The position numbers were made by a program, and so were the translations under genes. A stretch of DNA of 63,279 nucleotides, filler included, from Welwitschia mirabilis (taxonomy: Eukaryota): the NCBI GenBank assembly GCA_051453625.1. It is 3 parts of one record of this genome, joined end to end, with 100 filler letters (N's around TTAATTAATTAA, not from the genome) between each part and the next. Parts side by side here need not be neighbours in the genome. Positions count along the whole stretch, not along the records: positions 1 to 19,427 come from JBOZIK010000001.1; 2 more parts are not named here. The stretch is one strand, 5' to 3'. Under the pieces are notes generated by a model. The model was not told where the DNA came from. It did not search any database and worked only from the letters and a program-made list of their open reading frames with translations. This document shows positions 1 to 13,773 of this stretch, piece by piece. Position 1 is the first letter of the stretch; every line of letters begins with the position of its first letter.

Positions 1-1426
1 TTTTTGGGTATCACTATAACCACTACCTTTTTGAGTGAACTTTATGAAGTATATACATTTTATCATGCATATTTACTCAGGTGACTCTATGATGTCTTCC
101 TTGGGAGTTTGCTAGGTTAGTACTTAGGATAGGTAAACAATATTCTTCTTGTTCCTTGTATCCATTTTAATTTTGTTTTTTTTCGGTTTTTTAGTTTAGG
201 ATTTCAAAGTCATTTACACATTTTCTTAATTTAGGATCTTAATCATTTAGTAGTTTCCTTGCTGTTCTTTTATGTTATATCATTTTTTATTGAAGAACAT
301 CTTTTGTTTTTCTAGTTTTTATGAGTTTCCTTATAGTTCTGAGTTTGTCTTGCTCTTATTTTATATTCGTGCACATTCATGTAGCTTTTCTTATAGGTTT
401 CAGCTTAGATAGTCCATTTTCTTCTACCTAGTTTTTCATTTTTTGTGTATTTATCCTTTTTCTCTTAATTTTCTTGGATTTCTGTCTAATTTTCTCTATC
501 TTCTTAAGCTTTTTGGTTCAAAACTGATACTTAAACGATCATATTTGAGCCTAATTTTCTTAGTTTACATTTCTTTTTCTGAGAAAATTCTCATACCCTA
601 TCGTTTACCTGTTCATCCAAATGACACTGGGTAGACAGCAGCCTGATTTTTTCTGAGAGTCATTCTAAGGCTGTCGTCCGGATGACGTGACTGGATGACA
701 GTGCGATAAAACCATGGCCCAAATCCATTTTCCTCATTTCTTCCTTATTTATTCATCATTTTACCTGTTACTTCAAGATATGATGACCCCTCTGACCTGT
801 CCTAGTGTTTTGAAACTTGTCCTCTAGACTTCGAAACCAGATTCACCAGATCTTAGCAAATTTTCAAAAATGAGTTATGTTTCTCTTACCTCTTGTTTTT
901 CATTTTTTTCCCTCTTGTTTTTAGCCTTTCGATACATATTTTTTATATATATCGTTTATTTTTTCGTTCTCTTCGATTTGGAGCTTATGGATTTGAATTT
1001 CACTGTGTATTTTTCGAGTTATGAGCATTTTTGCATTTTACAAGGAATTTCAAAATTTCCATCTTTCAAACTTGTTTTATCACAAACCATAACTTGAAAT
1101 CTAGTGGTCCTTTAGGGAAAATTACTTAGTTTGACATGTTCCACATTTTACTAGATTAGATTTTTTATTTAATCACTTCGAGTTTTCACTACATGTGGGG
1201 CCTACTAAAAGTATAGTTTCTATAAGTTTCGCGTATTTTTCATTTTTCTTCACACGTTTATGTAATTAGGAATGCATTGCAACTTTTAGAAGGGGGAGGA
1301 CATATTTTAAGTATTTTTCATAGTTTTTTATAAATTTCAGGGGTTGTTATTACACATCCATGTGATGTTTTTGACATGTCTTTTTGTTTTTGCATGATGA
1401 TTTTTGTGTTTCGATTTAGGACCCAT

Positions 1427-2642
1427 ATGCATAGAGCTAGACATGCCGAGGCTGAGACTAAACTAGTAGAGTAGGATGTGGGTCCTTTAGTTGAGCCAGA
1501 GGTAAATCTTGCAGAGCCTACACATTTGCCACCTCAACATGGATATTCCATGACTATACAGACAGCTAGCATCTATGTCAAGCAATATTTTGATGATTTC
1601 ATCAGCTGTATTGAGCCTGATGTGGACCAGAGACTGACAGATTTATGGCTTAGATGGATTATAGATGTGCATGGGTCATATTACGTATCAGAGACGAGGA
1701 AGTTCTATAACACCATGCACATTAAGAGGCGATCTGACACTCATGGTCAGCTACAGAACATGATTGTTGTATTTATATGAGATCATAAGATAGCCATTCT
1801 CCCATTCCATATTGCAGTCATCACAAATCTTGGTGGCCTTGGGAGTATACATATACACTCAGCTGATGGGACTCAAGAGCGTCGAGCATATGACCATTTT
1901 AGATATTCTAGCTGATCTCACTACTGATCAACGAGGCGTAAATGTTGCTCAGTTGATCTCCATGTATAGAGTATTATATAAAGGGATGATTCATAACATC
2001 AGTCCATCCTTTTATGATAAGTCACGCCATGGTAGCACATCTACAGATATTGGCAGCTTTTAGACACGGGAGCAGATGGACCTTCCTACTTTTATTTGGA
2101 GAAGACTCAGATCCATGATAGAGGCATGATAGCTTTTGACACTTGGTTTTCCATGCCTCCTCTCAGCACTTTTCAGATGATTTAGGATATCAGAGCCCAT
2201 GGACGAGCAACATCTATCGCATATATGGACTTCAGCTTGCTATTTATAGTACATGGGTATACATATTTCAGGAGAGGCAGAGAGACCTCAGGTATAGGGA
2301 CCTAAGGTTGGAGCATTACTTGAGCATATTCAGGCTCTTCTAGCTAAGATCACCGAGGCCATTAGAGATTTCGTTGACAGAGGTATCCAGTCACTTGATC
2401 AGAGGATCCAGACCTTAGAGCACAAGGTTCTGTCTATTAAAAGGAGAATGCAACACTCCGAGGATTAAATCATTAACACACACCAGCACATCGTTTCCAT
2501 TTAGCAAAGTGTGACTGTAGACATTCCTAAGGCTATACGTGTCCAGGACGATGAGACGGTCAGATCGATTTCCACATTCTTGGATCTTCATTTCCCCATA
2601 GATCCTAAACTTCCTCTTCTTCTTCCCCTAATCCCGAGCTAG
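1427..2642 (+). pseudogene. Degenerate Athila env-like/extra ORF (Transposase_32/ATHILA-ORF type), copy 1
   Basis: ATG at 1427, with stops and frameshifts. Reads ...WIIDVHGSYYVSETRKFYNTM...VFI*DHKIAI, resembling the 'Y..LVREFY...VRG..I' motif. A coiled-coil-like LDQRIQTLEHKVLSIKRR and a Pro-rich tail end at TAG 2640-2642. It lies between pol and the PPT. Confidence 0.6.
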
Positions 2643-3202
2643 CTGCTGAGCAACAGTTTATTATGTGTAGACGAAGGGAGTGATTTTTGTATTATTATTT
2701 TGTATCTCCCCTTCTATACATTTTTATACTGAAAACTCTCTTTTGATATGTTATAGAAACTTTATTTTTCTAGCATTGTGTACTAATTTACATGTCTATC
2801 TTTTAATTTTTTACATGTTATGATGAGGATTTATTTACTTAAGTAATTTTTCTATTCATCACTACTTAATTTACTGGGGGCTATTTTATTACATTGTCTG
2901 ATTATCTATAAAAATAAAAATTCTATCACAGGTTCTAGATTTAAAAAACCTTTTTTGAGATTGTTGTCCCCTCCATCGTTTAGACAATGACTCGGACAAC
3001 TGACTGGCTGAGCTTCTGGCAACTGAAATATTTAGTTTTTTTGATTTCTTAGGATCTATTATGTATCTTTGTAAAAATCTGAAAATCTTTCTGATATGAT
3101 CTCCTTAAGTATCCTAGCTATTTTATTGCCTAATAAGTTAGCTCATGAACATGGTTTACCACCCGGTTTTCTCAAGGACTGACAAGGCTAAGTGGGAGGC
3201 TA

Positions 3203-3920
3203 TGTTGCATCATCAACTTACACATATTTGATAGGGTATTTTGAGTGGTTTTTCAAGTTAATAGGCAGGTAAATGCTTGATTTCCACGATAGTGGAGAGC
3301 TGAGATGGAAGAGATAAAAATATGCAATCTCCATGATGTTTTACAGCATTTTGAGCAATTCTGAATACTTTACTTTTTTGAGACAACTTCTTGTAAAACA
3401 TTGAGGTTAATGCACTGATTAAAGATTTGTAAAATACCATTGCCCACATCATCGTCTGGATAACCTAGATAAATAACCAAACAGTTCATGCTAATGGGAT
3501 GCTGATTGTAACCAATATGTCAGATGATGTGAATTTTTATGAGATGGCATCATCTCTTATATTGTTTGGATGACCAGCCAAACAATAATATTGTAACGTC
3601 NNNNNNNNNNNNNNNNNNNNNNNNNNNNNNNNNNNNNNNNNNNNNNNTTAGCGTAGCCACTACGGTTTTACCCATGCCTTCTTGTCTGTTTTCTTGTGTG
3701 CTTGTGTGTCAATAAATTATAATCTTATCCTTGAGTACTACTTGTCTTCATTTGCACTTGCAATTCTTGTGACAGGAGATTGGAAGGCCAAAGATCCATT
3801 CTTGTAGTTGCAGAGAGACATTCTCCTTGGTGTTGGACGGCATTTTCTCCATTGAGATGCAACTACTTTGTAATACAGATGTGGTTCAAAACTTAATACG
3901 AAACTCTTATTTTTCTGATT
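3203..3920 (+). repeat. Athila-like LTR (partial, interrupted by N gaps)
   Basis: Starts TGTTG directly after the PPT and is colinear with 6012-6730. Confidence 0.8.
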
Positions 3921-4202
3921 NNNNNNNNNNNNNNNNNNNNNNNNNNNNNNNNNNNNNNNNNNNNNNNNNNNNNNNNNNNNNNNNNNNNNNNNNNNNNNNN
4001 NNNNNNNNNNNNNNNNNNNNCAATTTCTTAATTTTTTGTGTATTTTCCATTTTTCTTATCATATTTAGGACATATTTTTAGTATCTTTTTTTTCATTTTT
4101 ATCAATCTTCAAGGGCCATTAATATGCATCCATGCAATGCTTTTGACATGTCTTTCTATTATTGCATAATGATTTTTGTGTTTGTAATTGAGTGAGCTTC
4201 AT

Positions 4203-5441
4203 ATGTGTAGAGATAGATAGGCTGAGGCTAAGATCAAGGTAGTTGAGTAGGAGGCGAGCCCTATAGTTGAGCCAGAGATAGAGTGTGTAAAGCATACACA
4301 TCCACCACCTTACCATGGTCATTCCATGACTCTTCAGATGACTAGTATACATGTTGAGCATAAATTTGATGCTTTTATGAGCCGTATTAAGCATGATATA
4401 GATCAAATATTGATAAATTTATGTCTTAGATGGATTATAGATGAACATGAGTTATATTACATATCAGAGATGAGGGAGTTCTATGACATTATGAATATCG
4501 AGAGGTAACCTGATGCTTGTGGTTAGTTGTAGGATATGATTGTTGCTTTTATACAAGATCATGAGATAACATTATTCCCTCCCGTATCATAGTTATCATA
4601 GATCTTAGTGAGCTTGGAAGTTTTCACATACACTTGGCTAGTGGGGCTAAAACACATCGAGCATATAATGCCATTTTAGATATTTTAGCTGATCTCACCA
4701 CTACTCGATGAGGAGTAAATGTTACTCAGCTAATCCTCACATATAGAATTCTACACAAAGGGCTGATCAATAACATCAATCCATCCTTTCATGATAGTCA
4801 CACCATAATAGCACATCTATAAATATTGGTAACTTTTAGACAGGGGAAGCAGATGGAGCTTTCTACATTTATTTAGAGGAGACTCAGATTCATGGTAGAG
4901 GCATGATAGCTTTAGACAATTACTTATTCATGTCTCCTTTTATCACTCTTTACATTATTTGGAATACTAGAGCCCATGGGCGAGTAGTGCCTATCACATA
5001 TATAGACTTCAATTTACTATGTATAAGACATGGATAGAGAGACCTCAGGTATAGAGAGCTACAAATGGAGCTTTACTTAAGAAGATACAATCTCTCTTAG
5101 CTAAAATCACTAAAACCATCATAGGTTTCATTGATAGAGGTATCTATCACTAAATTAGAGGATTCAGGCTCTTAATTAGAGGGCATAGATACTTGATCAG
5201 AGACAGTAGACATTTAAGCAAAGGATCCTGTCTACTGAGAGAAGAGTCTAATACCTTGAGGATTAGATCATTGACATGCGTCAGTGTATCGTTTTCATTT
5301 AGTAGAGTGTGATGATGGACATTTTTGAGGATATACATGTGTAGGATAATAATACAGTCAGAGCTATTTCTACATTTTTAGACCTTCATTTCCTCATAGA
5401 TCCTAAGCATCCTCCCTCTTATCCCCCTTCTCCTAAGCTAG
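4203..5441 (+). pseudogene. Degenerate Athila env-like/extra ORF, copy 2
   Basis: ORF 4326-4508 reads LRWIIDEHELYYISEMREFYDIM, homologous to copy 1, with the same Pro-rich end and TAG at 5439-5441. Confidence 0.6.
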
Positions 5442-6011
5442 CTACTGAACCATAGTTTATCATGCATTGATGAGGAGAGTGATTTGTATTATTATTTTGT
5501 ATCTCCCCTTATATACATTTTTGTACTAAAAACTATCCTTTTACATTTTATAGATATTTTATTTTTCCAACATGGTGTACTAATTTACATCTGAATTTTC
5601 ATGTTTATATTTTAATTTTTACATGTTATGAATAAGGATTAATTTTACTTGGGTAATTCTTCTATCTTTTACTATTTCATTTAGTGGAAGGCTATTTTAT
5701 TATTTTTTTGATTATCTATAAAAACAAAAATTCTGTTGTAGATTCTAAATTTTAAAGTTCTTTTTTTGAGCCTGTTGTCTCCTCCATCATCTGGACGACT
5801 ACCTGGATGACCGAATGGCTAAACTTTTAGTAGATGAAATGTTTAATTTTTCTGATTTCTTGAGATGTAATATGTATATTTATAACATCTAAAAATCATT
5901 TTGAGATGATTTCCTTAAGTATCCTAGTTGTCTTATTATCTAATAAGTTGGCTTACAAACATGGTTTATCACCTAGTTTTGTCAAGGACTGATAAGGCTA
6001 ATGGAGGACTA

Positions 6012-7120
6012 TGTTACACTACTAACTTATGCATATTTGATAGGGTATTCTGAGTGGTTTTATAAAGTAATAGATAGGTAAATGTTTAATTTCCATAATA
6101 ATAGAGAGATGAAGTGAAAAGGATGAAAGCATGTAATATTCATGATGATTTACAACATTTTGAGCAATTCTAAATACTTAAATTTCTAAGACAACTTCCT
6201 ATACAACATTGAGGTTGATGCACTAATTGAAGATTTGTCAAAGGTTATCATCCATCTAATCATTTGGACAACTATATAGATGACTAAGAAAACAATGCCA
6301 ATAAGGATGATGATGATAATCAACTTGGTATTTGATATGAATTAATTATGAGGTGACATCATCTCTTCTATCATTCCACCAACCAATTAGATGACATTGT
6401 TGTAATGTCTCTGCTAAACATTCATCTAACTTTTGTAACATACGTATTTGTTTCTTATTACATGACCATTATGGTTTTACCTACACCTTTCTATCTATTT
6501 TCTTATGTGCTTCTATGTCAATAAAGAGTGATCTCATCCTTCACTCTTACTTATCTTCTTTTACATCTAAAATTCTTATAACAGAAGATCAAAGGATCAG
6601 AGATTCATTGTTGTAGTTGTAAACAGATATTTTCCTTGATGTTGGATGGCATTTCCTCCATTGAAATGTGGCTACTTTATAACACAGATGTGGTTCATAA
6701 TCTAATACAAAATACTTATTTTTCTGATTTCAATGTATGATTGTTTCTCATCCTCATAGCTTATGTTGCTATAATCCGGTGACAGCTTCCTTAGTGATAT
6801 AGGTTATGAGGGAAACCTTTGTCAAGGTTGTTCTTGGTTAGTTTAGGTTAGGTGCATTGTTGTTTCCTTTTCCTAGATTAGCTTTTCACGAGTGTATTGC
6901 GTTTTTACTTTCATGCATTGTAATTTATTTCTATATATTAGAGTACAAGCATTTATTTATGAAAAGCAGCTCTCTTCTTTTCTACTTTCACCTTCAACGG
7001 ATTATGACATGCGGGTTAACTCCTGTATATATTAGTGTGTTGTATTTATGCATTATACTTATGATTGACAGGATTCGACTGTACTAAGAACATAACGTTG
7101 TATAAATACGCACTGTAACA
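6012..7120 (+). repeat. Athila-like LTR, ~1.1 kb, complete
   Basis: TGTTA...TAACA termini. The 3' part (6990-7120) aligns with 50535-50656 and with the reverse complement of 24540-24670. Confidence 0.8.
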
Positions 7121-10100
7121 AGCACATTTCTTAATAGCAATGTTCTGTTCCTTTTCTTAGACAAGTCTTTCATTTTTTCCTCTTCACTTCTAGATTTGGT
7201 TTCTAGTGAATTTCTAGAGAATACAAAGGTTTTATCAAAGTGAATAAGAAGAAGTAGTTGAGGGCTTTATTAGTTAGATTCTAACAATCCATTCCTTTAA
7301 ATTCTTCTGCTCCCACTTTCTAATTAAGATAGATAACCCTTTCATGCTTTCTACAACTATTATAGATGTTGACCCTTTAGTTGTTAATCTTTCAGGGGGT
7401 GGTTTAGACAAAACTGCATCGATTGTTACATGAATATTTTATCTTGGAACATTTGAGGTCTTACTGATAGGCTCTGCCACAAACATGTTAGAGGTTTTAT
7501 CTCTAACATTGATACTACTTTCAACTTTGTTCTTCTTCAAGAAGTTAAGATATCTTCTCAAGATCTGTCCTTTTCATATGCTAGTTTTTACCTCATTTGA
7601 CAATCCTCACTAAAAATCATGAACACAAAAGTGGGGTTGCTATACTTTGTTCTTCCCATTAGAAAGACAAATTACTTTACTCTAGTTCTAACTTGGAAAA
7701 TAGAGTCACTGGGTCAATTTTTTCTTCCATTTTTGACCCTTTTGGAATTTGCTCAATCTATGCTCCAAATTAATCAGTAGATCATTCTAAGTTATAGTGC
7801 AAACTCTTTAATTATTTTTATTTTATTCCATGGTTATTTGAAGTGACTTTCATATGAGAAAATTCTGTGATGATCAATGTAGTGATTTATCTTCTCTCAT
7901 TCCTAATTGCGGAAACCAATATTGGTTTAACTTCAAAGAAGACTTTTGCCTAGTAGGCATGAATGGTGATAATTCTAGTCACATTCTCCAAAGATATACT
8001 TAGAGTAATAGTCATATACAATAGTCCTATATTTTGAGTCCATTCAATAGGTTTTATGTTTGCACTCTTGTTTTTTCTTAAGTTGATTCATTTGTTTCAG
8101 TTCATCATCATGCAACTTTGCTAGGTCATTTTTCTATTCAAATCAAAGTTAGAATCATTGGTAGTCCTGCCAAGAATACATGCATGTTGGCTATTTTTCT
8201 TCTCCCATTGCTTAATCTGTTTTATCTAATCTTTGAAGCATAGAGCCTAGACCCTTAAGTTAGTTAGGCTAGATTAAATAATGGCACCAAGCTGCATGTC
8301 GTGTGTGAAATTTTGGTAGATATTATGACCAGTGAGTTACTTCGCATGTAAGACAAGAATATAATAAAATTTAATTTGTGATTTAGTACCTCTCTGATAA
8401 CTTGTTTTATGATCCTTTCAATTCAGAGCTTCATGATGATTTCCCTAATGCTAAGTCAGCTTTGTAGCGATGGAATGTTTAAAAAGCAAAAAGTGCCTTA
8501 ATCAAAAGTCAACTTACTTGGTTAAAAGTCTAAGGTGAAAATTTTAAGGAGTTTTTTAAATATTAAATAGTTTCACTCTTATGCATTCCTTAGATCAACT
8601 TACTTTTAATGGTGCTACTACTTTCCATCCTAATACTTTTCTTTGTTTTCTAAGCAATAATTTCGTTGCTTTATTTTATGCTACTGTCATGGATATTTCT
8701 ATTATTAAGAAGGCTACTACTTTTATCCTACTTTGGTTACTCTACTATGTTTCAAATGTTGAAAACTGATATTTCTTTAATAGAATTAAAATAGATCTTC
8801 TTTGTAATAATTTTTTTAAGACTCATTAGGAATCTTGTTAATAGTGATCTTTTTTAGATTATTTAAGAGGCTATTCATACAAGGTCTTTATGACCTTAGT
8901 TAAACCAAGGATTTATTAGAATTCTTTCCAAATTGGGTGATCTCACTCAAATTTAGAATTAGATATCAATCACGCTTCTTAATGTGATCTAAAAGATTTG
9001 GTAAAGTTCTTAGCTTTTTATTCGAAATAGATTCTTCTAAATACTATTTCTCATCAGGGTAGATATATTTTAACTAATGTGGTACTATCTTAGAAAGGTA
9101 TTTAATGAGCTAAGGATAATTACTAGCATAAGGATTATGAAAAAACTAAATGGGATCTCATTTTAAGCATGGTTTTAGTCTAATATTCTTGTATATGGTA
9201 GGGTGTTTGTTTGCAGATGCTATTGCTAGAATTACCAGTAGTTTGGAGTTAATTCTCCTTTTCCTATTCATCGGTTAAGGAAACGATGTCCTCTAGCTCC
9301 TTATTTTTTTAATATAGCATTAGATTGCCTTTCTCCTCAGATTCAATTTGATATTCATCGTAATGGTATTACAAGGATCATCCTCCCGAAGTCTAGCCAT
9401 CATCTCAAACAACTCTTTTTCTTTTTCTCAAAAAGGCTTTTATCGAGTTGCATGGGATATTGTTACTCTGCCTAAGAAGCAACATAGCTTAAGTTTTTTG
9501 AACTCTTTTAAGCAAGGGCTCACTTTAATTGCTAAATGGTTATTTGTTTAGCTTAAATCCTCAGATATTATTGGGGGTTTTTTTAGCTCTGTTTAAAACT
9601 AGCATTTTCTAGGCATAAATCTTTTAACAGGGTTTCCATTTTATTAATTGGATTTTTTTTTTTACTACACAAAATTATGCTTCTAAGAATGCATGTTTTT
9701 AAAAGCATGTGGAAAACGTAGCAAATCTTACATAAATGTATTGATTGAAACGATATCAAAATTCCCCCAAAATTACTCTTTAAGTTCTATACATGGTGGC
9801 TATCTTTTTCTCTAGCTCTTATTGCCCTTACAAATTCAAGGCTTGCGACTTGCTGGTTTAAAAACATGCAATTTCCCTTAATTATCCCTTGCAAACTCAA
9901 GGCTTACAACTTGCTAGTTTCAAAAGGTGTAATTTCCCTTAATTGTCTCCCTTTTTCAGGTTAATGGATTTCTTGTTGTCTATTTCAAAAAGGTGAAATT
10001 TCCTTAATTGTCTCTTACTTGCAAGTCAATGAATTTCTTAGAAGATATTTAATGATATTTATAGTACTTCCTCTACCATACCACTTTTTTCCTTTAGGTG

Positions 10101-10890
10101 TCACAATTTTATTCTTCAGCGTATACACTTAGAGGAATCTATGGAAAGGCTTTTTGAGAGGCCTCACTTGGAAAATGGCTCCACGATCTTGTCATATCAA
10201 CTATGCATTCTGTTCTACTTGCATCATAGTCCGAGAGAAATCGTTGATTGCTATAACAAACTTTGGCATAAACGGAAGACTAAGCAATTCTACGTTTCCA
10301 TTTTTTGGAATATTTGCAAACTACATATGCTCTTTAAAATTAAACATTTTCTTTAGTATTTATTGCATCATGGCTTATCATTAATAGGCAACTTTAGTAT
10401 ATTGGCATCCATAATCTTATTTTCCCTCAATGTAGAGTTGTCGATGATTTTATTCATGTCTTCTAGCAATGTCCTTTTGCCAAGAATACTTGGATTTGGA
10501 CATTTCAAGTCCTCCCAAACATTCAACTTTCTGAAGATTTGGTATTCTTTGGATTTTTTGCCAAATAACAATAACTATTTCAAAGTTCTTTGGAGGATTA
10601 TTCAATCTATTATCCTATATCAACTTTGAATTTATGCAATGTTTATTTTGAGATCAAAATCAAGCAGTAAAGATCCAACTTGATTTCAAATTTTTTATGC
10701 AGCTTTTAAAACATTGGTGTGGTCTTCAGTTATCATGCCTATGGCACATGGTGCCTAGTCTTTTGTCTCTACTCTAGTTCTACTTAATTTTCTGCTTTGC
10801 TTTCGACCATGTTAAGTTTTTAAGGCCTTTGGTGTCTTTTTGTTGTACTCCTTTTATATCTAAGTTTAATGCAACTCTTTTCGGCTCCTA
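7121..10890 (+). mobile_element. Degenerate L1-clade LINE (endonuclease, RT with internal deletion, zf-RVT region)
   Basis: GVAIL near 7633. N*ISITLLNVI*KI near 8957-9000 (NWRPITLLNVDYKI type). CPLAP near 9286 (QGCPLAP type). VAWDIVTLPKK...LIAKWL at 9447-9545. Cys-rich CSTC near 10210. The YADD region is not seen. Boundaries are approximate. Confidence 0.75.
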
Positions 10891-13773
10891 TAAAGCATGG
10901 GAATTAATCACAAGATTTGAGGATAATTTTATAGGCTAACAAAATTTAACAATGTATACCTTGCACACAAGCATTCCTTGTATTGAAAACCAAGGATATG
11001 AATTTATGATATTATGAAAAAGATCTAGATGCATGAATTTTGAAAAATTAAGAATGCATAGTGATTTTAAAAACTTTGCAAAATTAGAAACATTGAGAAG
11101 CTTTCATTTTGTGAATCACTTTAAATTGATAAATTAACTAGGAAGCTTTTTTTAATTCTAAAAACTAGAACTAAAGATTAACTTCAATTGTTTCATAGTG
11201 ATCCTTGCCTTGAAAATTTGTGTTAGATTTATCAATACTTCCTTAAGAGTGACTTAGGTGTATGAAAAATCAAAATCGTTCATAGCATTCAAGAAATTAA
11301 AAGTTAGACAATGTAAAAAACATTAAGAGTTAAGATAGAAAAGAATCTTTAGGTAAAGAGTTTAAAGAGTATCTTAGGATAGAAGGATTACGTATAACCT
11401 TGCCACCTCTTACGTTTCATATCAAAATGGTGTTATTGTAAATGGGAAAAAAAAGAGAAAAGAATAAAATACTTTTTAATATGACTTAAATTTAATGCAC
11501 AATGCATGTTAATATGAAATGAAGTAGCAAGTGTTACAAGCATTTAAATACAAGGTAATACTCATTTAAAAGTCCTTTTGAAGTGAATTCATGGCCTTTA
11601 ATCACAAAGAAATAATAATCTCTATAAAACTTTTTGAATACATTTTCATACATCAAAGATTCTTAGCCTTTATTCCATGTTTGTTTGAATTTAGGTCCAT
11701 CCTTTCCTTTAGGACTTATACAAGTGTTATTTACTTTCGTTTATAGCAAAACTTACTGGCAAGTTTACTCTTTTATTTTACAACTATTTCAATAATCTTT
11801 TACCAAATCATTGGTAGTTTTGACTTACCGTCTTAACCATGCTAGCCCAAATGTTTGTTATTGAATAGCGTTGGGTTGGAAAAACAATTTTTGCCTTCAC
11901 AAATGGCTTTATGGCCTTCTTTATTTAAAAAGGAAAAAAAATCCTCATTCCATAGAGTATATAAGCAAATATCACTTTGATGACCAAAAATTGGCGTAAG
12001 TAGAAATTAACAGTTATATGAGTATTAATAAAAATAAAATGCTTAAATCCTCTTTCATAAGAGCTATTTATATGTTTTTGATGTTTTTTAATGAAAAGAA
12101 TATGTTTTTTTTGGTAATTTTATGAGCTCACAATCACCTCAGCAATAAATGTAACTTTATATGTATTAATAATGTAAAAGAAAATTTTCTATAGATTTAA
12201 AGATCATATTTTCATAATATTTTTAGGATGTTAAAACTTTTAATGATCTATATAGCAACCACAATTGTCTAAATGACAATTTAATTATGTTTAAAGGCTT
12301 ACAGTATTCTAATCAAGTTATTCAAAAGTTCAAACCCAAAACCTTCTAAAAAGAGGATTATTTATTTTTATCATTATTTAATTACTTCATGTTTATTTCA
12401 TATAATAAAAAGGTATAAAATAAAATATAAAATAGTTCACATTTCAATATTACTAATTTCATTGGCTTGTACTTTTTAAACTTTTGAATATTAAATACTA
12501 TTCTCATTATTTATTAAAAACTATATATTTAAATATAAAAATAATATACATTTTGAAGGTCACCATCAAATTTGAAACCTATTTTGAAAGACGAGTTATA
12601 TAGAAGGTATCTTACTTTAAGATTCCCTGAGATCCCTCCAGTTGCAAGGGTGATTTGACATCGCACCCTCCCTAACATCTCTAATTAATTCTCTTAATTA
12701 ATGGTTAACTTCTAACAAATAATTCAATCACTTAAGCCAAGGATTTTGTCTATCTAACCTTTTTGCAAATTAACGTTTAGAACTGCGAATGTGAAATTTT
12801 AGTAGCTGCATAGAAGTATTTATCTCTTGAAAGTATATCCACAATAGACTATTTGTCTTTACAAAGTTTCACCATAGGAAAAATCGACCATGAGTAATAA
12901 ATTATTTTTATTCATTATATAACTAATTACCTCGAGCATATACACCATAAATTTGGTATAATTGTTTTGTGTCTCTCAATTTTTACTCATCATAATAGGT
13001 AACATCAATCATGAGTAACAAATTGTTGTGAGTGCAAACATTTGCGTATCTCAGGGTCCGAACCTTTGAAGGCCCATGATATTGAAGGGTAGGCTATGGT
13101 TTCAAACCTTTGAATGCCTTCCTTGACTATTTTTGTGCATTCAAACACTTCGTTTTGCATCTTTAAATGCTCTACATAACAAACTTAACAAAGTATGTAC
13201 ACATAATTGTAGTGGGTCCAACCAAAGAGGCTATGTGTTATTATGTGGGTTCACACTTTTAAATGATCTATTTGACACTTTTAAACTGAAGGTTAAAGGT
13301 TTAAAGCTTCAAATTTCCTAATGTGATGTCTTAGGAATGATTATTTAAAAATCAAACCTTTAAAATCATTAGCGTTGGGTAATTATGATAGTTGTACTTT
13401 CAAAAGAAGAACAATCACTAAAAGGGTATTACCCCACTGAAAGCATTGACCTTCAATTCAGTTACACCAATATTTACCAGCACAGCAATATTTACCAGCC
13501 CTAAGGGTCACTTGGGAGGTAACAATTCTTGAAATATCATGCTTGAAAAGAGGGGCCGTGACAAGCACGAACGGATACGCTATCCAACTTGCTGCCTATG
13601 TACATCATCACCGTGTCCGCTGACGCAGGGGTCACTAAAGCGGACGTAAATCCTACTGAGCTGTCATCATACACTCGGAACCCAGACATACTGAAAATAG
13701 TTTTCCGCAAACGGCCAATTTCCGCCTCTCGCGACCGGCTACAGCCGGTAAACCCAAAAACCTCGCAACCGCA

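Larger units (their letters stand above)
1..3920 (+). mobile_element. Athila-like Ty3/gypsy LTR retrotransposon, 3' part (post-pol region, extra ORF, PPT, 3' LTR truncated by gap), copy 1
   Basis: 1-250 aligns by eye with 47880-48130, which follows the Athila-type pol. PPT-like AAGTGGGAGGCTA (3190-3202) is followed by TGTTGCAT at 3203, the LTR start shared with 6012, 49353 and 63206. Confidence 0.8.
4021..7120 (+). mobile_element. Athila-like element 3' part, copy 2 (extra ORF, PPT, complete 3' LTR)
   Basis: 4067-6730 is a diverged colinear copy of 1296-3920. PPT-like AATGGAGGACTA precedes TGTTA at 6012. Confidence 0.8.

Noticed and set aside
11420..12000. Possible minus-strand integrase remnant (VIFAY…FP)
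   Set aside because: Too decayed to support by eye. Needs a frameshift-aware HMM search.
13050..13365. Repeated AAACCTTTGAA-like words in both orientations, possible MITE
   Set aside because: No definable TIR pair or TSD.
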